Of a stretch of 64,000 nt of DNA, positions 1-13,513 are shown piece by piece. The notes under the pieces were generated by a model. That model was given only the letters and a program-made list of their open reading frames with translations. It was not told where the DNA came from and searched no databases. This DNA comes from Haplodiscus bocki (lineage: Eukaryota): positions 60,822,001 through 60,886,000 of the forward strand of contig OZ296649.1 of the NCBI GenBank assembly GCA_965655095.1, written 5' to 3'. Position 1 is the first letter of the stretch, and each line of letters begins with the position of its first letter. Both the position numbers and the translations under genes were made by a program.

Positions 1-840
1 ATTTGGAAGATTTCCGTAGCCACCAGTAATATCGGTTGAATTAGGAAGGCTGTGCTCAACTGAGGAGTGAATATGGAGTCCCTTCGTATCCATCACAGCG
101 TTGCAGCACGGTATAGCAATAGGAATTAAAGTGACGTCACAAGGCTTGTAGAGACAGAACACGTACGGAACAAATTTGCACTCCGAGAGTCCACTTTACT
201 GTCAATAACTCACGCTACTTGTAGCTCAAATCCAACTGAAAGTATCGCTCTGAACTGCACTTGTTGCATCAATCAGAGATTTTGCACTGAAAAGGTGGAT
301 TTAAATTTATTAATTGGGTAAATGGAATATAGTAAAAAAAGATTCTCTCAGGTTATTTTTACTATGTGATTACACGTTCGCTCCGTAGAGTTTCCATCGT
401 AGACTGGATCAGTTGGGTGAAATGTTCCGTACAGGATACGTAATATAGTACATGTGGGGTGATCCGTACACAAAACGTATCAATAAATTTGTACATAAGT
501 TTTAAATATGTATGCGTTATGGTTTAATTATAAAAGTCTAAGTTTACTTTGAGCACTAGGGTGTTTTTTGCGCCGGTCGTGATTGATCGCAGGCCTCGCA
601 GCTGTGCTGCGACAGATATCTTTCGGTGCAGATTCTCCATTAAAGCTCAGAAATATATGTTTTCAAATCAAAAAGTGCAGAATGTCCTAGATGTAAGCAG
701 TAAAATGAAGTGGCACAGGCCCTATGACCGCGTGAGCAGTTTAAATATTGTTCTCAGTTCAACAATAAAAGAAATGCAGTCATGATTTTAATTAATTCGA
801 CAACTTTAATGCTTCAGTCAACTTTAAGCAAGAATAACTT

Positions 841-1550
841 CGGGAATAATCACTTTGGACAAAAATACCAGAGACAAAATTTTGTTAGAATTTTAGGAGA
901 TTATAATGATGTTTGTTTGAAAAAATTCCTAGGAATAGAGCAAAAACTAGAAAATGCGTTTTTGGTCAAGTTTTCCATTCTTTAGAGAATTTCGTAAATT
1001 TAAGGATTTAAGAATGGAACTTTATTTCATCAATAGATGCCTCTGATGTTTAGGTAACAGCTGATATCATCTGTCGGCGGAAAAAGTTTCAAAAGCTACT
1101 TCAAAACTGTTTTTGAATCTACCATATTTAAAAATCAATGTATTAAAATGGGATGGTAAAATTATACTTTTACTTTTTGCATATTCTTCTGAAAATTCAA
1201 AGTTGTAATAAAAGTGTTAGAGATAAAAGCTCTGGGGAATAACCGAAAACTAACAAATTATGTCATTTGTTTCTTGCTATTTTGCGTCATTGTCAAAATT
1301 TCCTACGAAAACTACCAAAATTAGTCGCTATTCTCTATTTTTGCATAATTTATTTACTCAACTTTGGGACGGAATTTTCCACTTTTTTGAAGTACTCGTT
1401 TTGACCAATGAAATAACCATGTGGTAGCCCTTTTAATGAGCTTTCTCAGAGTACCTTTGTTTACTCTGATTTCCTATTATTTGCTTCTCCACGTAGGATT
1501 TTGTAAAACGGATCAAAATTGCTTAGTCGCATTAATTAAAATCACTACTG
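841..1550. mobile_element. Non-autonomous DNA transposon end (Tc1/mariner-like terminus)
   Basis: Ends ...TTAATTAAAATCACTACTG|TA. Inverted homolog of 63306-64000. Left boundary approximate. Confidence 0.75.
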
Positions 1551-2933
1551 TAGAAAACACTTTCTTTCGTCTAATGCAAGAACTACATAAGGGGCAACTA
1601 CGTTTTCGTTGAGGAAACATGTGATGGAAAACAACTACATGACTTAAAAGCTTTCAGTTCAAATCATGTTATCAGCGTGGAGGCTCCCGGCTGCTTCTGC
1701 CATGATTTTGTGGGTTTTCTTTCAATTACGGCGGCAGAGTGGAGACCAAATTTTTTAACGATGAACAGTAAAAAACAAAATCCCTTAATCCTCGCATGAT
1801 CAGCATGAAACTTGCACTCCGCGTCCGACCCTCTATATTCAACTATTAAAAAGATATTTTGGATATTGCAAAAAGTGGCGGTTTCCTAGAGTGCATTTAT
1901 GCACTTCTGGGCAACGCTGGGGAGTTTTAAAAATTTTCTTTTGATGTTTATGCTCTCAGCACCTTGGAAAGTCGATAACAGGGGCTATGTTGACATATGT
2001 AAAACACGCAATAAAGAAAAAAAGCTGAATTTTGATTGTTAACGTTTTGAAAGTTTTTTTTAACTGAAAAATCAGCTCCTAAAGACCTAACTGATCAAAC
2101 ATCCGCTGTAGTCTATGAATTTTTGAGAGGCAATCTGACCACCTGGAAAACAGCATGGCTCTTTGTCTGTAATCTTGATCATCTTCCAATGAAACTAATA
2201 GTTACGCTAACTTTAATGACCGAGTATTATTACAAAGCGTATGCACCCTTGATTGATGCTTAAGTTTTTTAAGGCGTTAAATGTTGAGAAAATGAGTCAG
2301 TTTGCATGAGCTCAAAATCTGTGGAACTGATAGAAATGTTTTTTTTTTCGTTGAAACGAGTCCGCTCAATAACTGAATTGAAATTGGTGACGATTGTTGA
2401 GAACAGTACACGTGAAAACTTTTTGAATTCAACTCAATTGGAACTGGGAATTTCCTCATGTAATAAAGAACACTATACACCCAAACTTTATGCAAAAATT
2501 TGAAATTCCCGTGAAAATACAAACCAGACGCTCGGCTAATTCAAGGATATTTTCCGCCTTCCAAATTACTGAAGAAACGTTAAAATGCCGTAATTCGAAC
2601 TAAAAAATGTCTAAAAGGTGTAAAATTGCATCGAAAATCGAATTTTTCAATTGTTCTCTATTTTGTTTCGCAAAGTAACCGGAACTTTGGCAAAAAAACT
2701 TTTTTTTTGAGAAACACCACTATGCTAGACTCGTTTTAAGGGAAATTTGGAAAAAAATTGGTGAAATAAAATTTTGTTTCACCGTGTAATTTGCCTATTT
2801 GATGCAAAGAAATCTGAATTCGAACGAATGATTCTCCTTCCAAATATCAGATATTGGGCGGAATTTTTTTTTAAAATTTCAAGCAAAGCCGGCACAGTTT
2901 CCTGTGATTTTTGTCATGTTGAAATATACGTAC

Positions 2934-3237
2934 CCAGAAATTTCATGCTTGTTAAATCCTCGTAGGTAGCTACTCTATTCCCTGATCCCAGGACGCATTC
3001 AATCTCTTTCCGTATTTCTTCTTGCAACTCGGGGTGAACAGCCAGGTAATAGGTGACCCACATCAAAAGGTTAGAACTTGTGTCAAAGCCTCCCACAATG
3101 AAGATTAATGCTTGGGCTACAGCTGTTTCAAAATCGAAGCCTTCAATACCGTTTGATCGTTGATGAAGCTCAATCATTTCGATCAAAGTTCCAAGAAAAA
3201 ACGATCTTTCGCCGCTCTCTTCCAGTTCTTTTCCATT
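2934..3237 (-). CDS. Cytochrome P450, coding exon 4 (I-helix); later exons apparently lie outside the window
   Basis: Acceptor TTCCAG|AAT (phase 0). AQALIFIVGGFDTSS is the I-helix, followed by YYLAVHPELQEEIRKEI and TYEDLTSMKFL. Donor G|GTACGT. No ExxR or heme-Cys exon found in 1-2933. Confidence 0.92.
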
Positions 3238-5390
3238 CTGGAAAAAAATTCTGGTCGAAACAATTGAACCGAAATTACGGGAACGGACCAGTTTGCAAAA
3301 TCCAATTCACCGTTTAGACCAACTTCCAAATTCACCGTGTTTGAGTTCAGAAAGACTTCATTTGGGGTGGTTTCCTCTACTTCATTGAATATGGTGCATT
3401 GCTACATCAACATGATGGTGTTCATTATTTTTCCAAGCGTAATGTTAACTTGTAATGTTATTAGTTGCGATTCATTTTAGTTATAAATTCATTCTTCAGC
3501 CTTGAGTTGATGCCAAAAAGCAGGAAAACTATTTTTGAAAAAAGTTTTCGTTTGGAAGCCTTTGGACAAAGCTAGAACCAGGACGCTTTTTTGGAGAAGT
3601 ATACTCAACTATCAATTTATTTGACTCAACTATCAATTTATTTGAGCCTTATCGGAGCAAAAGTGGACTTAAAAATTTTATCCAGTTGAGTACATTTTCT
3701 TGATCTTTTCTGATCAGTGTTCAAATAATCATTTTTTTGTAGGCTGATTAACCTTTTAGCTCTTTCAAAACAAACTGCCTATTTTGTTGAAACATTCTTG
3801 GATAACAGTTGTAAAAGTCGATCTCAATTTTGGACTTTTCCCATGCCTATGGGAATGACCAAAAAACGAACACTGGACTAGAAATAGACCAAACGTCAAA
3901 TGAAACACCTGAGTCGAGTAGAGCATGAACGGATACAAGTGAACTATTGACAAGCAAAGAATTCTATCATTTATCTCAAAGAATGGAAAAGAAATTGACC
4001 AGAAAAATACAAGACGCTGTATCCGTGACTAAAAATTAAATCTTACAAGATTTCATTGCACTCCTTGAGAATCCTTGTAGAAAATACGGAAAGTCCATCA
4101 TCCTCAAGATTAAACAATTGAAAAAGACACTCAAACAGCGAAATTGAAGTTCAACTCCAAACTCCACAGAGCGGATCAATGCTGGACAAAAAAGTTATAC
4201 ACAATCTCAGTCGCTCAGACTGAACTCGGTCCACATACAAATTCTAACAATGAGATATGTGTGGGCACTGATTTGTTTCAGCCCGTATCGCAGCCTCTCT
4301 TAAGTTCTACGTCGAGGCTGACGAAAACAATAATGAGTTGATGTGTTGATGTAATTGTCGCACCGATTATCAGTCTTTTGCCGCAGGATCAGTTAGTAGG
4401 CATCATAATGTAGCCTCAGTGAGGTTGAAAACTTTCAAAGAGGGAGGAAAAATTTACAAAAGCGAAGAAATTGCAAATGTCGAGAACTGCCCTCTTATTG
4501 GTCTAAAGAGCTAGCACAGATGATAGAGTGTATACCAGATGTGTCAGGAAGAGTATTCAAACAAGACAAACCAGCTGTGAGCGATGTCAAGGCTGAAATT
4601 CACAAATGTTCGCAAAAGGCAATTTCGACCAATTTGAGACACTTCCAGTACTTCCAATATTAGATCTCTTAATGGTGGCGCTGAAAGATGACCAGATTGG
4701 TGTAGCAACAGAAAACTTAAAATGACCAATCTGATAGCGGGTGGCTGTTCACAAGTCCGAAAATAAATTTGGGCTGCACAAGTCCGAGAATGATTTAGTT
4801 GGATTGAAATAGGAATCAATATTAAAACCGGTGCCTTTGCCACCTCCATAGTATCGTCCACTTCGCGGGCCGAACGTGTACGCTCCCTACGATCGGGGAT
4901 ATTAGAAGTACCTGTCGCACTACGTTAAAATAAGAGGCTCTAGGATGCGCGTGTATGTAAATAGCTTTAATTCGATAGCTTCATTGTAACTTAACCCTAA
5001 AGTATTTGATACTTTCGGGCCTGTGAACCGACACCTGGTAGCTGCATCGAGATTCGCTGAAAATGTTTTCGATTGAATGTCAACTAAAATTTTATTTGAT
5101 TTTCAACTGCAAAAATTTTGAAAAACGGAGGTAACTGGTCAATCAGGAGCAAGTGTCCAAAAAATTGCAATGTTGAAAAACCTCCAAGCTTGTATCGATG
5201 ATTCGGGACCAGATGAACTTTGTTGTTAGTTGAGACATAAAACCCTTTGCAGCTGGAAAAGAAGCAATTGTTCTAAATTTTTAACTGAAATGTTGGCCAA
5301 AGGTACTCGTTGCATTTTACCGTAACGTGTGGAAACTGACTAGCAGGTGTAGTGGTGACCGGCGCAGCAGGTGGTTGGTTTTAAAGACAT

Positions 5391-6559
5391 TGTCAGACCA
5401 ACTGCCGCTACCTGAAGATGAGCTAGCAACTCTAGACGAAGCGGTCTGTTTGTAACGTCTGTTGGATTGCTCGTTCTTAAGTTCTCGCATCAATTCACAA
5501 AGGTGAGCTAATTGTTGCGAGGGAGGGTCAATGACTGCTCTAATCTGTCGATCAACCGCCTCAGACGTTATGGATACGCTTGTAGATGTCTCCATCTTGT
5601 GATCTGACTTCCTTCTTGGAATATTTTCTCTCAAGTTTTCAGTCTCGGTGCTAGTATCTATGTCAGTCTCCACGCTTATAGCCAATTTCATAGATTGGAA
5701 AACGGGTTGAGGTTAAGGTTAATATCTTGCTTGCTAATTTCAGTGAGGTTAATGTTAAAATTAGCAGTACTATTGCAACAAATTCACAGAGGTAAGATTG
5801 ACGAAAATCGGAGCTAATATCGAAGATAATTTCACATTATCGTCATGAGACGATCTGCTTTTTCTGCTGGTCGCAATCGACGTACGGCTTGTTTTGTCGA
5901 TTTCTGCTTGTGGGTGTCCAATTACTTACAGTAATTGGTCACATGTTTTTTGAGTAGGTCAGGTGATCGTGATTCCGGCCCTTGGTTGGCTTCTAATCTT
6001 CAACACCTAATTATACACGACAGTTGATGACGATTATCCCAACTCATTTTTGTGCATATCGTTCACGCAGTTTTTACTACACTTTGATTGGCTCACACTA
6101 ATCACGAAAATTAAACCCCTTTGGTAGCATCTTTGTTTGAAAAAAATGTGACAAATACGGCTGACATCGACTTCACTGACCCAAAAAGCTGATATCACGA
6201 AACGTGTACCGCGATATAATTATAGCTAATTTCCACTCAATGGACTTTTAGTAAAAAGTTGATGCCGGATGCATTTGACGAGGTCGATATATCGTGATTT
6301 GGAAGATTTTCACTGTGGGCACTTCACGAATGTTTTTGTAGCACAGATTTCTTTACTTAAGACATAATTCGCGTTCATGACAAATGGGAGGAAGTAATAT
6401 GACATAATGACTTTCATATCTGTTTGTGATTATAGAGCTGCGTAAGTTCCTTATGTATTAGGTTATGATAAATTGTTTAATGCTTTGTAATATTTGGCAT
6501 AGGCTAATTGCATATTTTTATTTATGTAGAGTGTATATTTCCATCATGCTGGAATGACA
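5391..6559 (-). mobile_element. Solo LTR in CYP intron 3
   Basis: TGTCA...TGACA termini flanked by a perfect 5-bp TSD GACAT (5386-5390 and 6560-6564). Confidence 0.82.
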
Positions 6560-7222
6560 GACATCCAGTTAGTTCTTGATAATGAAAAACTCAGTTTGTA
6601 ATTGTTGAGCGTCTGTCAACGAATCCTCCCCCCCCCCCCTTAAGAAGCCGAATATCTCGAAACTGAAGTTTAGGTGAGTTATTTTCTTTGACCAATATAA
6701 TTCGCATTTGTTCATTTTCCTCAATAGTTTGACTTTTTGAACTCTTTCAGTCAATTTCCTTCACTTCTGATCCGTGAAGCTAAGGGATATGTTATAAGAC
6801 GTCAGGGGAAGCAAAAATTTGAAAGCCACTTTCCGAACCCAGACCGACATTGTGCAACTTAGTGAATACTTGGAAACAGAAAATGAAACAATCGTTCAAT
6901 TCTTGAGCATATAATTCAGCCTCAAGCAATGAAAAGCATTTGTGAACATAAGACAAGTATTTGTCCGGCATGAACACTTCGAATGTTATCGTGAAAATTT
7001 TTGCGACATTCCCTTTCGTGATTAAAATCGAATGATGAATCGATTTTGATTCGATAAACTCGATCAAAATCACTTCATTGCGTTGACAAAAGTGCCGAGA
7101 GAGATTGGAGTAATTATTGGCGGAAGAATTTAACATCACTTTGAGTCGTACCATAGAGAACCAAAGACAAGCACAAAAGTTGAAAAATCCAAAATATAAA
7201 ACCCATAGCTTGTCAAACGTAC

Positions 7223-7420
7223 CTGTAGAATGGATGCTAGTTTCTGACTCACGATTGTGGCAGGGTCCATATTGAAACCCAGAGTGGGATTTATTAGTTG
7301 AAATAGCCTTATCAACCCTGGGAATAGAAAGAACAGAATTATAAGAGGCTTTTGCATTATTTTCTGGTTCTGTTCCGTCATTTTGAAACACGCCTGGGCC
7401 ACTTCGTTTTCTGTATCGGA
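7223..7420 (-). CDS. Cytochrome P450, coding exon 3 (F/G region)
   Basis: Acceptor TTTCAG| and donor CAG|GTACGT. 198 nt, phase 0/0, open frame SDTENEVAQACFKM...LFFLFPGL...ASILQ. Confidence 0.8.
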
Positions 7421-8348
7421 CTGAAACATAAAAAATCCTAGTTGAAGCATCAAAAGTTTTGAACAGCAATGACTTGCGGTCAGTAACATCGCAGAGCTTG
7501 ATGTCTAAACTTTACGGAAAAGCAACCAATTAATTGACAAATTTTATACAACATTGTAACCCTTTCCACTAATAGTTAAAAACCTATTTTGATGGTATGT
7601 CAGACGTCTTCGTTTTACTCGGCGATCTAGTTTGTGGAAAAGTGTGGTGTACTTTACTGGGGTGACTATATACAGTACTCAGTTTTGAAAATCATGGGTA
7701 AACGGAAACCTTTATTAAATTTCAAAAAAGATACGATCCCGGTAGTGAGAAATCAAGGCGTGAGACGACAAGTGGCTTAAGACAGTAAACCATACGGCTG
7801 ATAAAACCCAGAAGACTATAGTTCAACAGTAAAAACTATCAATTTAATTTCAGTATTCCGTAATTTTTTTGGTAATTTACACCCAAATCCAAAACTGGTT
7901 GTCGTTTTTCCTCAAAGAACCCGACTGGAAAATTAATTTCTAAGTATGTGGGAAGGAGACTTCCAGACTTCATGTCCAGCTTCTTCGGCGCACAAGTAGT
8001 ATCATCTTCCGAAGTTTTCTGCTACAATGTTCTCAATCCCATCATGATGCTTTCAGAAGCTTGGAACATACCAACTCCGAACCTACTAAAAGTTTCAGAG
8101 AAAATACAGCTTTGTGCGTATGCTATTTTTATATTCAAAAAACAGTAACCAAAATTTTCTTGACACCTCCTCTGCAAATACCATTCCTTGTCGAAAAAGT
8201 TAGCAACTTAAATTTTGCCCATTAAACCTGCCCTGTCTAGGCAAAAATTTTCGAAAAAGTAATTAGGGCTATGAGTGCAGTCAAAAGAAGTGCTTGATTG
8301 TTTAGTCTCAAAGTAGTTTCGCTTAATGGAAAAAACACTTTTGAAAAC

Positions 8349-8724
8349 CTGTGTGTCAATTTTGAATCCGAATACGACATTGCAAATGACGTCCATTGTA
8401 TAGGCTCGGAAAATGGGCTTGAGCTGAATATTTTCAATTTCTTCACAGGAGAGGGAAGAAAGCTTTCTAGAGAAGTTTGAGGCCACGTCATTCATTACTG
8501 CTACCATTTTCTTCAATTTAGCACCTGTGAATGTGGGCGAAAGAGCACTTCTAGTTCGTCTCCACTCATCGTGCTGCATGATAACAATCATTTTACGCAT
8601 ATATTTGATTGCAGGTGAGGTTCTTGTTCTTCGGTTGGGAAAGACATCAAACTGTTTTATCATCACTTCACGGACAATTTCAGGGTCTGTCACCACCAAA
8701 ACAGGAAGTGATCCTTCGTAAGTC
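8349..8724 (-). CDS. Cytochrome P450 (CYP3 clan), coding exon 2
   Basis: Acceptor TTGTAG|G completes the Gly codon from exon 1. PVLVVTDPEIVREVMIKQFDVFPNR, the C-helix WRRTR, LSPTFTGAKLK and YTMDVI are CYP3-like. Donor CAG|GTTTTC (phase 0). Confidence 0.93.
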
Positions 8725-9149
8725 CTACAATAACGATCGCTATTTAAACTATCAAACGCCATCTACCCAAGGACAGACAATAAATTCAAGAAAAGTAGGG
8801 AATTGTGTTAAATGAACCAGTAATTTCACAGATCCGTTCTATTTATAGCTTTTTTTAGCAGAGTTTTAGCTTCCGAGTGCTAATATTAATATATCCACGT
8901 TATACTAGACAGAATACAAGTAGCATGTAAAGCATTACAGAGAAAAAAATTGTACTACACTAGGTATGTCTGGTATCAGTATAGGTCCCATTCTGTTTTA
9001 GACAATATGATACACATTCCAGTGAAAACACTGATGATAAAAACAAGGTGAAGCTAATGATTGATAAACTAATAATAAGATAATAATTACAAAGTAATAA
9101 TAATTTTAGCCATGCAGGCTACCACGCTCAATGAATCAATTAAAAACTT

Positions 9150-9580
9150 TCTAACCAACAATTAAACCAACTCTTTTACTTTTGGTTAACATATTGAAAA
9201 GATGCTAGGTGATTTTAACAAAGTTTATTTTAGTCCATAAATTCTCCTTTCAAAATAATTAACGTGGTCCACAACCTTTTCAATTGACCATTCATCTAGA
9301 AGATATGCCTCGCCATTACCCCCACATTTTCATTGCGTTAAGAAAAGCTCGATAACTCAGTTGATAATTCGTCGGAAAACAAATTAGGAAAATTGTTTTT
9401 ACCTGATCCACTAGCTTCATATAATATAAACTGTGAGTTCACACCTCTATCAATCGCTGGATTTTCTACCTTTCTATCATCTACCACTTTCTCTAGTGGT
9501 TTATATAAAAATCCGTAAAACCCTCTCAAAACTTGAAAGCCTTTTTAAATCCCTCTATACCTCTTGAACATATATATTAA
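9150..9580 (-). pseudogene. Degenerate SF3-helicase-like fragment (virus-like)
   Basis: Walker A-like FILYEASGSGKN, then across a frameshift WGNGEAYLLDEW (Walker B-like) and a motif C-like IFSIC. Confidence 0.4.
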
Positions 9581-10690
9581 ACACTGAAACGAAATGATAA
9601 CCACAAAAAAATACGTGTGAATAATACTTATAGCTGGTAGAGTTATACTGGTAGATGTTTATGGAGTGCTGGTTTCTTTTTCTTTCTAGCCATGTCCATT
9701 GCAAGAAACAGGAAGAAAACTAATGCAAAGGGAATCTTCTCACCAGTCAAAAAAATCACGCAGAAATAAAAAGTTCCTCAATATAATGATGTAAACCGGT
9801 CAATTGATCTGAATGATGAATAATAGTGATCAAGTTGTAATAAGGTTTACATGTTTAATTTTAAAATATTTGATAACAATACAAATTATGTCTCCATGAA
9901 ACTAGATAAAGATAAACAAGGTGCAACATTGACAGATGCATTCAAGAAACTGAGTATGAAATCAAAAGTAAACGATAAAATCATAGTCAGATTGAGTTTA
10001 ACAAAATTCATAAAAAACTGCTTCCTGAATATCTGATTATCCTGGTTATTTGTAATTACTGAACTAGTGGTGATCTTGACAATCTTTTTTTGAAAGTTCC
10101 ATTAGAGCTTTCTTAGAACATCCAAAAACTGATATATACAGAGGAGAAGCTAAGGCTGAATCATTCAGATAATTCACTGATTGAATTAAATTTTGTAATT
10201 CTTAGTGTAGCCAAAATGTTTCTGTTGAAAAGTCAAAAAATTATATCACCGACGAGCCTGGTAAACTTCCTAAGTCAGTTAACCCGGGGTTCCTGATTGG
10301 TTATTAGTTTAGAGTCCCCGGTAAAAGAGATATCTACAGCAAGGTTTATACAAATTGGAAAGACATCGTTTAGAGTGAAAAACGTAAACCTACAACACCT
10401 GATACCAAAACCCTGGAAGGTGAAGACGGTGAAGTTATCCAATGAAAATACCATAAACAAGAACTATTAAGAGTTCTTTTTGATGTCAAGGCGAGTAATA
10501 AAACCCTAAGGAGTAAGGGTATTATTGTATAAAGTGTAACCTCTGCATGATTTTGGCATATAAAATGCCTCATCTAAGCTCTCATACTATAAAAACAAGA
10601 GCGATGATTGTTTCTGAATTTTCTTGCGAAAGATGATAACAGTAAAATAAGACATCTCCACAGCAAATTTTTCAAACTATAATCTCATGA

Positions 10691-10775
10691 TAGTGGTACA
10701 ACAAGTAACCCAGAAGTATAGTGGTAAAAACAAGTAACCCAGAAGTTTAGTGGTACAACAAGTAACCCAGAAGTA
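10691..10775. repeat. 28-bp tandem repeat, 3 copies
   Basis: TAGTGGTACAACAAGTAACCCAGAAGT(A/T). Confidence 0.9.
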
Positions 10776-12749
10776 ATTGTGCCTTTACTTGTACCGCAAT
10801 TACTAACTTTACTGGCAGTGTTAGTGTTGCGGGTACATGCGTGCAAAAGTTATTTCAACATAATACAAATAAATAAAATAAGGAAACTTATGTTGGAGAA
10901 AAGTATATTTCCTGAGGATAACCTTGAGGACACTATTGATAATTTTGATAGTTTCCTGTTTTCCCTCCATTCTAGCTGTGTCTCTCACATTGACCTGGGT
11001 TGTCTGACAGTTAAGAAAAATTCTATAAATATTTAACCATTAATATCATTTGTAAATCGATACAACCTAATCCGGTACAAAAGATACTTACAAAGAGAAC
11101 AGACGCTGCTCACCTCCAAGGATCTTGTGTCATCTTTGAGGAAGTAAATGATGCCCAATTTCTAGTTTTTAAAAGAGTAGATTTTCAAGTCTTTTCCTCT
11201 ATCGTTCTGCCTGTCGTCTTTGAGCTAACAGGCAAACACTTGAATCCAGTATTGATAAAAATCTTACAATCATAGTCAAAATGATCTGCTTCTATAGGGG
11301 AATTTATTATTTCCGATAAAAACTTTCCAAATTGAATGTCAATCATTTATCATATTAAACAAATTAGTGGAATATATCTAACGAATTTCACTTCATAAAC
11401 TGCTCTACCTAGTCAATGACAAAAATCTGTCACACAAAAACCAACAAAGATTATTTTCTCATAAGAAGAGACGCTTCAAATGAGTGACTATCATATGGAA
11501 ATGACAGGGTAACAAAAATGAAAAAGCTTCCTGCAAGTAGACATTTTTCGATTGAGATGTTCATGGACGAAATCCAACAAGTTGTTTTGGAGAAAAGTAT
11601 GTTAAAATTCCAAGAAATTCAACACTGTTCCCACGTTTGGACCCTTTCGGTCAATCAAACTTGCAATGCATGAAAAAAATTTGATAAAAATCATTATAGT
11701 AACCTTCAGCAATTATATACTTGTTGACTGATATTTTAATGGGAAAAATCCAGGCGGTAGATTTGTATTTGAGTGCGTCTGATTATCGAGAAAATCACTA
11801 CTTCGTGCCCTTTGTGGCGTATTCGGCATATCAGGTTTTCGATTCAAAGACTAAAGTCACTGAAAATTTTATTCGAAAACCTTTTGCGCTTCGATTGCAA
11901 CCTTCAAGCAAAAAAAACAACCACTGGTTTTCGAAGAAAAATTGAGGTTGCTTATCGAGAATATTCCACACCAATTGCTGTTTTTGGCATTCTGGAGGAA
12001 TAGATATCATGCAACGAGATGTTGTGGCAAAAACTTCATGATTAGGGCGGAACTGAAATTTTTAGGAAATAATTCCATTTGATATTCATTCTACGGCAAA
12101 TTTGCCACCTTTAGGGATTTCGAAAAAAATCAAGTTTTTTTTTCGAAAAACCTATCTATTTTTTGAGAAAAGACCCAAATTTTGAACGTTTCGAGAAACC
12201 TTACTATTTTAGTCGCTTTCTACGGCAAACTTGCCATAATTTGGTCAAAAAAATTACACGTTCAAAAACGTGAACAAGCTTGCCGATGTGGCATGAACAC
12301 AATTGGCAAACATCGAGTATAAAAAAAACGTTCCATTTGAGAGGAACATTTTGCTTTCATATTCTTAAGAATATGGCGCAAAATAACAAACTTTTGAAAT
12401 GCTAATAAACTTCATCTCGTGATTTTTGAAAAGCAATGAAGAATTATTTCTTTCATTGTTTTGAGGAAAAGAGAATTCTCGAGAAATCAAAAACAAGCTA
12501 TTGAAAAATCTCAAACTTTTTCGAAAGAACATTTTTTGTTTGCTGTACAAAATTTGTGTTTTCGAAAAGCCTACAGGATTTCTCAATTTATATAAAAACC
12601 AGTGCGGTCTAATCCTTCCATGAGGTTCTACATGTTTCAATTTTGAGAAATTCCGAGGAAACATTAAAAAACTCGGATTTTATTGGTTTCAAAAAAGTTA
12701 ATTGTTTTCAAGTAGTTGTTAAGAAAAACAAACACGTTAAAGAAATTTT

Positions 12750-12844
12750 GGTCGTCGCTGAGATCGAACCTGGGTCTTTATCGTGACAGAGCGCCGGTAG
12801 CTGAGTGTTGTTGTCATTGCCATTGACCACTAAGCTACACGCGC
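12750..12844 (-). mobile_element. tRNA-derived SINE-like head
   Basis: A-box TAGCTTAGTGG and B-box GGTTCGATC with an overlong spacer. No proper cloverleaf. Confidence 0.55.
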
Positions 12845-13513
12845 AAGCCATGATGATAATGAAAATAAACGAAGAATTTTTTGAGGAAGTACCTTGGATA
12901 TATGCGAAACTTGCGGAGAAAAAGTCTATTTACTGAATTGAAGAGGGTCTTTCCATAATAAATTGCGATGGAAAGTAACATGGGGTTACCTTGGTTCACA
13001 TGCCATGAAACTCATACTCTGCGCCATAATCTGACACAAAAACATTACATCTTTCCAAAAAAAATATTTACTTCTTTATTTTGATCCTGAGGCGTATCAT
13101 TTCCAGAAAATTTGAATTTACACTTCCATTAGTTTTTTTTATAAAATTCTCCAAGAGTAAGTCAAGTCAAAATCTTTTTACAGTACGTTACCTTAATCTA
13201 ACAAATGTCACGCACGCTTTTCCATACAACGGCCATACTATAAACCAGTTTATTACTTGCCTACAATCATACCAAAGTATGGTTTTTCTGTGACTTTGAT
13301 TTTTGTATTGACCATTCCATGATTTAACTGTTTTCATATATCGCCATGTATGACTTAAGTTTGATTTCAATGTTTTTGTCTGGTGGTCAATCCAAAAATT
13401 GCTAGCAAGCCATGATATGATAGTGTACACATGCACTGAATGTCAAAAGCAGTGAAAATTCAACAAATAAGCCATATTAATTGCTCCAATGGCTTGGAGA
13501 GTTAGAAACTTAC

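Noticed and set aside
1-290. Possible CYP exon 5 after the TTTCAG acceptor at ~287
   Set aside because: Phase-1 joining hits a stop within a few codons, and no ExxR or PERF motif was seen.
1421-1612. Duplicated small protein (also 63208-63435)
   Set aside because: The similarity comes from two copies of a transposon end, and the frames diverge exactly at the terminus.
6792-7469. 225-aa ORF
   Set aside because: An alternative frame overlapping CYP exon 3 and intronic repeat sequence, with no recognisable motifs.
10691-10775. 28-bp repeats as a CRISPR array
   Set aside because: Head-to-tail tandem copies without spacers.
12750-12844. Functional tRNA gene (also 14914-14981 and 49554-49612)
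   Set aside because: Only A/B-box-like motifs are present. No consistent acceptor or anticodon stems could be folded, so these were treated as SINE-like relics.
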